From NCBI GenBank assembly GCA_963759985.1, contig CAVXBI010000002.1, positions 105,111-169,110 of the forward strand: a stretch of DNA of 64,000 nt, in the 5' to 3' direction. Each line of letters begins with the position of its first letter. Position 1 is the first letter of the stretch. The position numbers were made by a program, and so were the translations under genes. This DNA is from an uncultured Alphaproteobacteria bacterium (GTDB lineage Bacteria; Pseudomonadota; Alphaproteobacteria; Rhizobiales; Beijerinckiaceae). Under the pieces are notes generated by a model. The model was not told the DNA's origin and ran no database searches. It saw nothing but the letters and a program-made list of their open reading frames with translations. Shown here in pieces: positions 34,968 through 43,417 of the stretch.

Positions 34968-35509
34968 CTTGTCCCACAAAATTTTTTTTGGCCACGAGTT
35001 TCCGCGAAAAATCTCTTCAAGGGGCCGCCGTAAACCGTCGATCGAGCTTCGAAGAAACGGCGCAAGCACGGGCTCGCGGCACCGCTCCGATGCTTCGCAT
35101 GCTGAGATCGCGAATGCCGACTGCATCAAGAGAGAGACGCGTGCGATCAATGCAGCTTCATGGTTAACGTTGATAGATGCAAGAAAAACAATGGCTTTAC
35201 GCGACGATCGACAATCGCGTGCCGCATTCGCGCGATCTCTGCGATGATTTTCGCCGGCTTCTTCGAGCTTGCTTGCGCGGCATCGATCATCTTACGGCAG
35301 GCGGTCGATCGGGCCGCGATCATGCCCGCGTACGCATCGCGAAGGCTTCCGTATGAAGCTTCGAAGTGTCTGCCGAAAGCCACGGTCAACGCACGATTCG
35401 CGTTTTTGCACGCACAACCCTCTTGCACGACTGATTAACCGCGCTACGGTAATCACGCCTCTTGTCGGCACAGAACCCACGCCGACAAATTAGCAGAGGG
35501 AACTTGATC

Positions 35510-35767
35510 ATGGTGAAGGCTACCACCAAGCGTAAACCGGCAAAGAAAAGCGGCGCGAAGAAAAGCGGCGCGAAGAAGGCACGTAAGTCCGCCTCGAAGA
35601 AGAGCTCCAAAAAGAGCGCTTCGAAGAAAAGGGCTGGCGTAAGGCACGCGGCAAAAAAGGCTCACCGGACGACGGCGCGCAAATCGCCGGCCAGAAAAAG
35701 AGCCAAGAAGTCCACGCGCAGGGCTGCTCCCCGCGGCCCGATCCCGATGATGCCGGAGTTGGTCTAA
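35510..35767 (+). CDS. Small Lys/Arg-rich histone H1-like protein (85 aa)
   Basis: 22 K + 11 R and one acidic residue; AKK/SKK repeats; GAGGG SD. Confidence 0.75.
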   Translation: MVKATTKRKPAKKSGAKKSGAKKARKSASKKSSKKSASKKRAGVRHAAKKAHRTTARKSPARKRAKKSTRRAAPRGPIPMMPELV

Positions 35768-35783
35768 ACTCATCGAAGGAGGA

Positions 35784-35877
35784 GGACGGAGACGGCCGGT
35801 CTGGCCTTTCATGTGGGGCTTGGCATGAAAGGCTGCATAGGATCCCTATGCTTGCACCGGTTGTCCCGCCTCCGTCC
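35784..35877. ncRNA. Candidate multi-stem structured RNA element
   Basis: 12-bp outer stem, 5-bp inner stem and two internal hairpins (10 bp, 7 bp). Confidence 0.4.
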
Positions 35878-35939
35878 CATTCTTCAGCGGCTGATGATAT
35901 CGCCGGCTGGAGAATCGGAAGCCGCCGCCGATGTCTCGT

Positions 35940-36449
35940 TCACCTTTGTACCAGGCAGGACTGGGCGAAGGCGTACCAGATTTTCTCGGCCGCGCTGCCA
36001 TTGGCCTTCATATTCTGCCATTCAACCGCGCATTCGTGCATGCGGGCGCGCGTGTAGGGCGGAAGGGCCAGAAGTTTGCCGGGCGTCCAGGGCGGGGCTG
36101 ATGCCTCGCCCGAGACTTTTGTTTCCGGCGCTTGAGGCGGAGCCGTAGGGCTGGCGGCTTCGGGCGCGGCAGGAGCCGAAGGCCCGTTTGGCGTTTGAAA
36201 TGGGGCCGCAACGACGGGCACTTCAGGAACGACAAGAGTTGAGGGCCGGACTGGCGGCACGGGCGGTACCGCGCTCACGCCGGACTGAGCTTTTGAGAAA
36301 TCGTCTTGCGCTGAGACCCGAGCCACGCAAGAAACGTTGACTGCCAGGCCAACGAGCAAGGTCAACGCCGCGACGCGCGTTGCGCCCCGATCCGCTCCAC
36401 CGCAAGATTGACGCTCCGTAAGAGTGTTCTGGCGGGAAATCCTATCCAT
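35940..36449 (-). CDS. Hypothetical exported protein with Pro-rich linker and two-Cys C-terminal domain
   Basis: Hydrophobic signal-like segment ending VSA, P/A-rich middle, C..EW..MKA.G....W..F...C. Confidence 0.6.
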   Translation of the reverse strand: MDRISRQNTLTERQSCGGADRGATRVAALTLLVGLAVNVSCVARVSAQDDFSKAQSGVSAVPPVPPVRPSTLVVPEVPVVAAPFQTPNGPSAPAAPEAASPTAPPQAPETKVSGEASAPPWTPGKLLALPPYTRARMHECAVEWQNMKANGSAAEKIWYAFAQSCLVQR

Positions 36450-36579
36450 CCTTTGCCGCTGCGCTCTGCCAATCGACGTTCCGACTGCCTTGCCGACAAT
36501 GCCGAGAACTAAGCCCGCATCATGGCATGAGCCTTGTTCGACAGAGGATTCTCCCGCCGCCTGGCTCGCGGTCCTGGCT

Positions 36580-37509
36580 TCATTGCGGGGGAGGCGTGAT
36601 ACCCAGAACGGCGGCGACGCCAACGACGACGACGCCGAGGGCCAGTTCCAAGCCCACGCTCAGGCGAAGTTTGGCCAATTGCGCCATCTGCTTCGAACCG
36701 GCGGCGCCGAGCCGCGGCATCGCAACGAAGCGATTGAAATAAGCCAAGGCGAGCATCACGGCCACCAGGCCGAGCTTGGTGAGCAGCACCTCGCCATAGG
36801 CGCTATGGAAGAGCTTGGCGCCTGCAATATGAAATGCCGCATTGGCAGTTCCGCTGAGGATAATCAGCGTGACCGCGATCGTCCCCATCAAGGAATAACG
36901 CGACAATATATGAAGGCTCCCCGCGCGCGCCTCCTGCGGCTCGCGAGCCCGCTGCTCGACGAGCGCGAGAAGGAGCGGCGCAAGTCCGCCGACCCAAGCC
37001 GCCGCCGCCAGCATATGAAGGCTGTAACTCACGACCATGAAACCGCCCTCGAGGCTGACGCCGCCTTCCGCTGCATGTCCAAGCCAAGCCTGGCTGATCA
37101 GTAGCAAGCCGCCGATTGCCAGAAAGGCAAAGAATGAATTGCGGTTGCGATAGGGAAGGCAAGCGACCACGACGACGGCCGCAAAGAGCGCCAAGCGGAA
37201 GATGGCGACCGGGCCGAACGGAGTTTCGAAAAAGAAGAGACGGAGATTTTCCGGATCTGCGACGCCGCCGAACCCGTCGGTCATATTGGCCAGGATTCCG
37301 ATGAGCCAGGCGACGCCCGAGAGCGCCGTCAAGGCCGCGGCGATCCGAAGCAGGATCTTCGTGGCGCGGAATGCTTGGGGCAATTCGCCCGGACCGGCCG
37401 AGCTTGCCCCGCGCCCCATGTAGAACCAAAAGAAAGAAGACCCGAGGAGCACGAACTCCGAGCAGAAATGGATCCAACGTGCGACGACGAGGAATTGGAA
37501 TATGCTCAT
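36580..37509 (-). CDS. copD: Copper resistance inner-membrane protein CopD
   Basis: VARWIHF, AWLGHA, LHMLAAAAWVGGL, YGEVLLTKLGL, YFNRF. Confidence 0.93.
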   Translation of the reverse strand: MSIFQFLVVARWIHFCSEFVLLGSSFFWFYMGRGASSAGPGELPQAFRATKILLRIAAALTALSGVAWLIGILANMTDGFGGVADPENLRLFFFETPFGPVAIFRLALFAAVVVVACLPYRNRNSFFAFLAIGGLLLISQAWLGHAAEGGVSLEGGFMVVSYSLHMLAAAAWVGGLAPLLLALVEQRAREPQEARAGSLHILSRYSLMGTIAVTLIILSGTANAAFHIAGAKLFHSAYGEVLLTKLGLVAVMLALAYFNRFVAMPRLGAAGSKQMAQLAKLRLSVGLELALGVVVVGVAAVLGITPPPQ

Positions 37510-37572
37510 GATGGCTTGCGGCGCCTCATTCGGCCGTGGGAAGCTCGGCCGGACCGCGGCCGAGCTTCGATG

Positions 37573-37938
37573 TCAGGGCGCCATGGTGAATTGATAGGTG
37601 CCGGACGTGTGATGTGTGTCGACCGAGACCACGTGCCAGCTCACCTCATAGGTGCCGGGCTTCAGCGGATGGCCGAGCCGCACGATGAGTTCGTTGGGAG
37701 CGCCGAGCGCCGGTTTCGAGATCGGAACCGGGCCGCCGCCCTCAGCCGCGACATGCACGCCTGAGAACGCGAGCACGATATTTTCGGTGTAGGTGAGCTG
37801 CAGTTCAGCCGGCGAGCCGGTGACTGTGCCGCCCACTGCCGGAATGGCGTGATCCAGGAAAGCATGGGCGAAGGCAGGCGTCGCCGCGAGTGCGCAAGCG
37901 AAGGCTGCTGTGATGGAAAGTGTCAGAAGACGTTGCAT
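37573..37938 (-). CDS. copC: Periplasmic copper-binding protein CopC
   Basis: AFA|H mature N-terminal His, YEVSWHVVSVDTHHTSG. Confidence 0.93.
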   Translation of the reverse strand: MQRLLTLSITAAFACALAATPAFAHAFLDHAIPAVGGTVTGSPAELQLTYTENIVLAFSGVHVAAEGGGPVPISKPALGAPNELIVRLGHPLKPGTYEVSWHVVSVDTHHTSGTYQFTMAP

Positions 37939-37949
37939 GCTTGATCTCC

Positions 37950-38912
37950 TCAAAGGGGGCTGGCGCGGGTCGGGGGAGCCCCGAACAGCGGCTTGCCGAT
38001 CGAATCCGGCGCGATGTCGTCGAGGAAGAAGTCAATGATAGCCAAGGCGCCGACATGCCTGCCGCTCGCCTCGTTGATCGGCATCTGCGCCATGACGCCG
38101 ACTTCGAAATATTGTCCGATATAGTAGACCGAAGGGCCGACCACGCCGGTGGTCTCGTAGGGCGAGAACTCGCCTGGCATCGCGGGGCTAATGTTCGACA
38201 CGGGGGTGCTGAAAATGCCTTCGAAGGACGGAATGAGCTTGTTGAAGAATTCGGGCATCTGATGAATGAAAGAGTTCTCATAGAGCAGGCTGTATTGCAG
38301 CGTCGCACCGTAGGTCAGAATGGTGGGATTTAAGCTCTGGTCGGGATTGACGCCGACCGTCGGTATGGAGAAGTCCATCTCGCCGGTGACCGCGAAAGGA
38401 CGCAGCCAGTCCGCTGAAACATCACCGAGGCCCTTGCCGACGAAGACCTTCGACGTGACGGTCGTGAAGGGGGTCGAAGGCAAAGAAGCGCTTTGCGGAC
38501 TGCCGGTATTGCCCCAATCGACGCTCTCTGCCCCGGCGACGATGAATTCATGCTCGGGGTTTTGATAGAAGACGTACTTCGCCTCGGTGTCGATGTTCGA
38601 CCAGCCTGACGCTTCCGGGTTTCTTTGCCAGTCATATTCGTTGCCGATCGAAACCACCAAGTCGGGTGTGATCGTCTTGTCGAATTCCCACCCAAGGGAA
38701 TAGGAGATCGGCCCGGCGGTGCCATCAGGATTGGACGTCGGCAGGTATGTGAACATCGGAAGGACAAGTTCGTCGTTGACCCCCGGATCGTCGATGGTGA
38801 GCGTCGCCGGAAATACGCGGTTGCCGACGATCGTATGGGCGAACGCCGGACTGATGCCGACGAATATCGCGGCGGCTGCGCCTGCCGTGAGAGAAAAAGC
38901 TCGATGAGACAT
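37950..38912 (-). CDS. Uncharacterised exported/outer-membrane beta-rich protein of copper cassette
   Basis: Signal peptide AFA|HTIVGNRVFP, alternating beta-strand patterns; coupled to copC. Confidence 0.75.
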   Translation of the reverse strand: MSHRAFSLTAGAAAAIFVGISPAFAHTIVGNRVFPATLTIDDPGVNDELVLPMFTYLPTSNPDGTAGPISYSLGWEFDKTITPDLVVSIGNEYDWQRNPEASGWSNIDTEAKYVFYQNPEHEFIVAGAESVDWGNTGSPQSASLPSTPFTTVTSKVFVGKGLGDVSADWLRPFAVTGEMDFSIPTVGVNPDQSLNPTILTYGATLQYSLLYENSFIHQMPEFFNKLIPSFEGIFSTPVSNISPAMPGEFSPYETTGVVGPSVYYIGQYFEVGVMAQMPINEASGRHVGALAIIDFFLDDIAPDSIGKPLFGAPPTRASPL

Positions 38913-39071
38913 GGTTGGTCCTCAGCCTGAATCGTGGAGATTGTCGGCCACGAAATCGGCGGGTGCCGAGATCTACGCGCTGAAACGCGTGAACGCACCG
39001 GCCGATTGCGGCCGCGATACGAGCTTCGCTAAGGGCGAAGCCGATCCCTCTGCTCAGACTGAAGGAGGACC
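38913..39071 (-). promoter_or_regulatory. Structured leader with anti-SD/SD pairing (translational switch)
   Basis: GGUCCUC in the Gly-Pro-Pro codons (39065-39071) complements SD GAGGACC (38917-38923) and encloses five hairpins. Confidence 0.6.
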
Positions 39072-39422
39072 GCGCGGTGGCGCGCCGGCGGGAAAGCGGG
39101 CGGCATTGGGCGCAACGAAAGACGCGGGTGTCGCTTTCGACGAAATCGCGACAAAGCTTTGCGGGCTGCCGATCGAAGGCGCCAGGACCATTGCCGCCTG
39201 GCAATGGACCGCACAGAAAGGACAAGCATGATGGGCCGATGCGGGGCCTTGCCCCGGCGCGGACTGATCGCCGCTGCCTGACGTATGGCAGATCGGAAAG
39301 GCGCTTTGCGGGGAGTTTGCGAGCGCCTGATCGAGGGGCGATCCGGCCGTGCAGAGGCCGGCGGCAAAGAGCTGCACATAAAGGCCAAGAATTGCCAGCC
39401 AGGCGGAGATGTGCCGACGCAC
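39054..39422 (-). CDS. DUF2946 family protein (CruR/CutF-like arrest-peptide uORF)
   Basis: N-terminal hydrophobic segment, PICH, HHACPFCAVHC, C-terminal PPRGPP. Confidence 0.85.
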   Translation of the reverse strand: MRRHISAWLAILGLYVQLFAAGLCTAGSPLDQALANSPQSAFPICHTSGSGDQSAPGQGPASAHHACPFCAVHCQAAMVLAPSIGSPQSFVAISSKATPASFVAPNAARFPAGAPPRGPPSV

Positions 39423-39514
39423 ACCTGGCGCGCTAGAGCTGCCAGCGTTCAGAGTCCCCCTCCGCGCATGCGATCGAACACCCCCAGCTCCTTTCGCGCG
39501 CCCACCATATCAGC

Positions 39515-40303
39515 CTATTCCATCTTCACCAACAGGCCGCCTGCGAGAGCTGCGTGGAACAATCGATCAAAGATGACCACCGCGGCGAGAAGATATACGC
39601 CATCCAAAGCAAGGCCGTATCCCAGGCTTGTCCAAGACAATCCGCCTCCGGCCATGACTTGGCGCAGACCCTCGAAGGCATGGGTGGTCGGCAACGCGAG
39701 GGCCAAGGGCTGCAAGGAGCGAGGCAGAGCCGAAAGCGGATAGAAGACGCAGGAGAACGGCATGATCAATCCGGTGATGCTCCAGGTGAAGCTTTGGATC
39801 TTAGTCGTGTAGCGGACGATCAACCCGGTCACGAAAATTCCGACAGCCAGGCCGAAAATAATCAGGACCAGGATGAACGGGAGAAGCGCGGCCAAATAGG
39901 GAAAGAGGTCATAGGAGTAGAAGACGAGGGCGACGAGCGCCGCCACCGCTGTTCCGACAATCGCCTTCAAAAGGTTGATCGCCAGCAGGCCAACGAGATA
40001 TTCGCGCACGGTCAGTGGCGTCGAGAGCAGTCCCATCACGTTGTGCGACCAGACTTCCGTCAGGAAAGAGACAGCCAAGTCGCGCTGGAATGCGCGGAAC
40101 ATGCCCCAAAGAATCGCTCCTCCCAGGAGAAAGCTGATGAGCCCCGGCCGAAGATTGCCGTGACGCGCAAGGAACAGCGTGAGGAAACCCCAGACGATAA
40201 TATCCATCACCGGCCAATAAAGCGTGTCGGTGACGCGTTCGAGATTATGGCGTGCGTCGTAGACGTGCCGCTCGATGACCGCGGCAATTCTATTGAACCT
40301 CAT
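39515..40303 (-). CDS. ABC-2 type exporter permease
   Basis: Six hydrophobic segments, EVWSHN..LLSTPL, PFSCVFYP, PTTHAFEG. Confidence 0.88.
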   Translation of the reverse strand: MRFNRIAAVIERHVYDARHNLERVTDTLYWPVMDIIVWGFLTLFLARHGNLRPGLISFLLGGAILWGMFRAFQRDLAVSFLTEVWSHNVMGLLSTPLTVREYLVGLLAINLLKAIVGTAVAALVALVFYSYDLFPYLAALLPFILVLIIFGLAVGIFVTGLIVRYTTKIQSFTWSITGLIMPFSCVFYPLSALPRSLQPLALALPTTHAFEGLRQVMAGGGLSWTSLGYGLALDGVYLLAAVVIFDRLFHAALAGGLLVKME

Positions 40304-41039
40304 GCGGTTCTCTTTGGCTGGCGCGGATGAAAGCTTCGGAGAGGGCGGGCTCCTTGCGGTCTTCGCGCAGAATCGCGCGGGTGACCTCGGTCGGTCCGCC
40401 CGTGGCAATGACCCGGCCGCGGCGCAGGAAGATGACACGGCTGCACAGTTCTTCCACGTCCGCCATGTTGTGCGAGGTATAGAGGATCGCGGTGCCATGC
40501 CGTCTTTGCAATTGCAGGAGCGCTGCCTTTGCGAGCGTCGCCGCATAGGGGTCGAGTTCGCCCAGCGCCTCATCGAGCAGCAGCAGTTTCGGATCGTTCA
40601 AGAAGGCCTTGCAGAGGCGAACGCGCGCAATCTCGCCAAAAGACAGCTCCAACACCGGCTTTCTTTCGAGCTCTTCGATCCCCAAAAGGCGCAACAAGGC
40701 GCGAATCTTCGCTTTCCGGTCCCGAACGTCATAGAGACGCGCGTAGACCATCAGATTCTCGAAGACCGTGAGACGGTTCGGAAATCCGGCGTAGGGCGAC
40801 GCCATGTTGATCTTGCCGAGTATCTCTTCGCGGTGGCGCTGCAGGGATTTGCCGAACATGCGGATCGCCCCGCTTGTCGGCTCGATCAGACCCAACAACA
40901 TGTGAATCGTCGTGCTCTTGCCGGCTCCGTTTGGCCCGAGGAGACCGACAATTTCGCCTTCGCTCACGCCAAAAGAGACGTCGTCAACCACACGCGACGA
41001 CCCGAAATCCTTCGTCAAATGGTCGACTTCAAGAAACAT
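40290..41039 (-). CDS. ABC exporter ATP-binding protein
   Basis: GPNGAGKST Walker A, LSFGE signature variant, LLLLDE, TSH. Confidence 0.92.
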   Translation of the reverse strand: MFLEVDHLTKDFGSSRVVDDVSFGVSEGEIVGLLGPNGAGKSTTIHMLLGLIEPTSGAIRMFGKSLQRHREEILGKINMASPYAGFPNRLTVFENLMVYARLYDVRDRKAKIRALLRLLGIEELERKPVLELSFGEIARVRLCKAFLNDPKLLLLDEALGELDPYAATLAKAALLQLQRRHGTAILYTSHNMADVEELCSRVIFLRRGRVIATGGPTEVTRAILREDRKEPALSEAFIRASQREPHEVQ

Positions 41040-41121
41040 CGCGACAATCTCGCCGGCACGACCGGCTTTGCGCCCGTTAAGGCTCTAATGTATTCTACGC
41101 TATGTTCTTTCTCCGGCAATA

Positions 41122-41832
41122 GTGAATCCGATGCTGGTCCTCTGCAACGGGATGCCGCGTAGCGCCTCGACATGGTCGTACAATGTCGCCGTGGCTCTGC
41201 TGCGCCTTACTGGCGAGGAGATCCATGGCGGGTACGACGAGAATTTGCACCGCTTCCTGCGCACACTGCCGCCGTCGAGCCTGCATGCGGTCGTCAAATT
41301 GCATTCGCTCGATGGCGCCGGCGTCGGGCTCGCCCAAGTGCATGCGGCGAAAGTCATTTACACGTGGCGCGATTTGGCGGACGCGACCGCATCCTACATG
41401 GTGATGTTCGGCACCGACTTCGATCGCGTTCTCGCGATAATGTCGAGTTCGCTTGACCTCTATCAGCATCATCGACGCAACGGCGCGCTCATTCTCGGCT
41501 ATGAGGCAATCATCCAGCAACCGACGGAATTGGTTGCGGCGGTGGCGAACTATCTGAACCTCGACGCGTCTGAGGGCCGGATCGCCGAGATCGCAGAAGC
41601 CAACTCGCTCGCCAGAATGCGCGACAAGGTCAAAGAAATCGGTTCGCTTGATTATGGCGAACGCCTCATCCGCCACGAGCGCAGCTCTTACGATCCCGAG
41701 ACGCTTCTCAACATCGATCATATTCGCGACGGCGGCACCGGATACGGCGCCAGCCGGCTCAATCAAACTCAGCTCCGTCGTGTCGAGGAATTGCTGCGCG
41801 CCAAGGGGCCCTTGGGGATGACTGAGGGCTAG
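41122..41832 (+). CDS. Sulfotransferase-domain protein
   Basis: 5'-PSB loop GMPRSASTW, RDLAD..AS 3'-PB-like motif. Confidence 0.72.
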   Translation: MNPMLVLCNGMPRSASTWSYNVAVALLRLTGEEIHGGYDENLHRFLRTLPPSSLHAVVKLHSLDGAGVGLAQVHAAKVIYTWRDLADATASYMVMFGTDFDRVLAIMSSSLDLYQHHRRNGALILGYEAIIQQPTELVAAVANYLNLDASEGRIAEIAEANSLARMRDKVKEIGSLDYGERLIRHERSSYDPETLLNIDHIRDGGTGYGASRLNQTQLRRVEELLRAKGPLGMTEG

Positions 41833-41855
41833 GCCGACGCCACCGCAGCCTTCGG

Positions 41856-42134
41856 TCATTTCGGCGTCTGTTCGGCCAGTCGGGCAACGAGCGCGGCCAG
41901 CGCACGGACCTCCTCCGCGAGCCGGTTCTGAGACTTCTCGACCGCGGCTTGGGTCTGTTCTGCCCTTGTGTTCATCCTCTGAATTGCACCCAGCATCTGC
42001 GCCAAGGCGTCGAGGATGGTGCTGTCGTTCAATACGACCGTCTGCAAAATCTCGGACAGTTCATGCTCGGCATCGGAAATATGGTCGAGCCGCGTGAGGA
42101 TTTCGTCGCGATCGCTCATGACATGCTCAGGCAT
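41856..42134 (-). CDS. Small coiled-coil hypothetical protein
   Basis: Heptad-like helical sequence; overlaps the upstream gene end (coupled). Confidence 0.55.
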   Translation of the reverse strand: MPEHVMSDRDEILTRLDHISDAEHELSEILQTVVLNDSTILDALAQMLGAIQRMNTRAEQTQAAVEKSQNRLAEEVRALAALVARLAEQTPK

Positions 42135-43398
42135 GGAGTTCTTCTGCGGGCTGCTTGGGCATAAGCTCTTCGTAAACGAAACTCACGGGCTTGCCGGCGT
42201 CGAGCGAATTCCAGATCCAATCTGCCGTGCCCCGTGCGGAGAAAAGTCCGCCGAGTTCTGCGGCGCGGGCACGAATTTCCAGCTGCACGGAGGGCGACAT
42301 CAGCCACTTTATGGCGTCCAGAACTGCGTCGCGCTCGTAAGGAGCGACCCTGCCAAGTTTGAAGCGGTTGACGAAGCCCGCGGCGCAGGTCTTCTCGCTG
42401 CCGAGCACCAGCATCGGGAGGTGCGACGTGGCCATCAATGTGACCATGCGACTGGGAAGACTGAGCTGCGCAATCGCGCGGACAGTGGCCGGACTTTTGC
42501 CATCCAGCGGATCGGACGGCACTACGGCAAAAGGGTAGCGTTTGAGCACATTTGGAAGATCCATCTCGGCAATAGGGTCGCAGAGGTGAATGCCGTTCTC
42601 GGCCAATGCACCACGATCGAAGATAAGCCCCGAGGGATCCTTCTGGTTACAGTACCAGTCGACTTCGATATTGCTTCCCCGAAAGATCTTCGGCAGCAAC
42701 TCGAGCCAACGCTGTCCCCAAATGTTGCCCAGCAGCGCACACCTGGGCGGGTTTGTGGCGGGCGGCGGAGGCACCGGACGTTTCCGGATGATCTCCTCGG
42801 CGACGACCGGCGGCATGACCCAGAAACGCATGCGATATTTCGTCTGATAGGCTTCGCGCATTTCGGGCGAAATCACCAAGCGAAGCCGCGACTTCGCGAA
42901 GACCTGGTGCATCAACTCGTCCGAGATCCCGTCGGCGCAGACGTTCTTATCGTCCATCACATAGGTGCAGAGCGGCGCGTTGAGAATTTCCTGCGCCGCG
43001 AGCGCGATGGTTGCTTCAGCCGGCGTATAGGGAAAGCAGATGATGTGCCGCACGTTGGCGCCGCCAACGTACCATTTCAGCCACGACATGATCTCGGCGC
43101 GCGCCGATTGCGCCAAGGGAAGACACAACTGAGCTGCGCCGAACTTTTGATCGCTATCATAGAAATTGTTGGCGCGTATCGAAATGATCGAACGCGAATC
43201 GGCAAAGATGCGCAGCAATAATGTTCCCGTTCCATGCTGCGTGTTCACTTCGCAGGCACTGATTACGAGGTCGGCGGGATCGGGCAGTTCGGTCACGTTC
43301 GGAGGGTCGTAAGCTTCGACACCTTCATGCTTGCCGGCCAATACGGCCTGCAGGCGGGCCCGAGCCTTTTCAGCAATGACTAAAGGACTACCTATCAT
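42127..43398 (-). CDS. Putative glycosyltransferase-like (GT-B) protein
   Basis: HGTG, YVMDD, YPFAVVP, SLPSR...LPMLV pattern; follows nucleotide-sugar epimerase. Confidence 0.55.
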   Translation of the reverse strand: MIGSPLVIAEKARARLQAVLAGKHEGVEAYDPPNVTELPDPADLVISACEVNTQHGTGTLLLRIFADSRSIISIRANNFYDSDQKFGAAQLCLPLAQSARAEIMSWLKWYVGGANVRHIICFPYTPAEATIALAAQEILNAPLCTYVMDDKNVCADGISDELMHQVFAKSRLRLVISPEMREAYQTKYRMRFWVMPPVVAEEIIRKRPVPPPPATNPPRCALLGNIWGQRWLELLPKIFRGSNIEVDWYCNQKDPSGLIFDRGALAENGIHLCDPIAEMDLPNVLKRYPFAVVPSDPLDGKSPATVRAIAQLSLPSRMVTLMATSHLPMLVLGSEKTCAAGFVNRFKLGRVAPYERDAVLDAIKWLMSPSVQLEIRARAAELGGLFSARGTADWIWNSLDAGKPVSFVYEELMPKQPAEELHA

Positions 43399-43417
43399 GA
43401 AATATCTTCCCGGTTAG

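Noticed and set aside
35170-35182. FixK-like TTGATAGATGCAA
   Set aside because: One base too short for the 14-bp box
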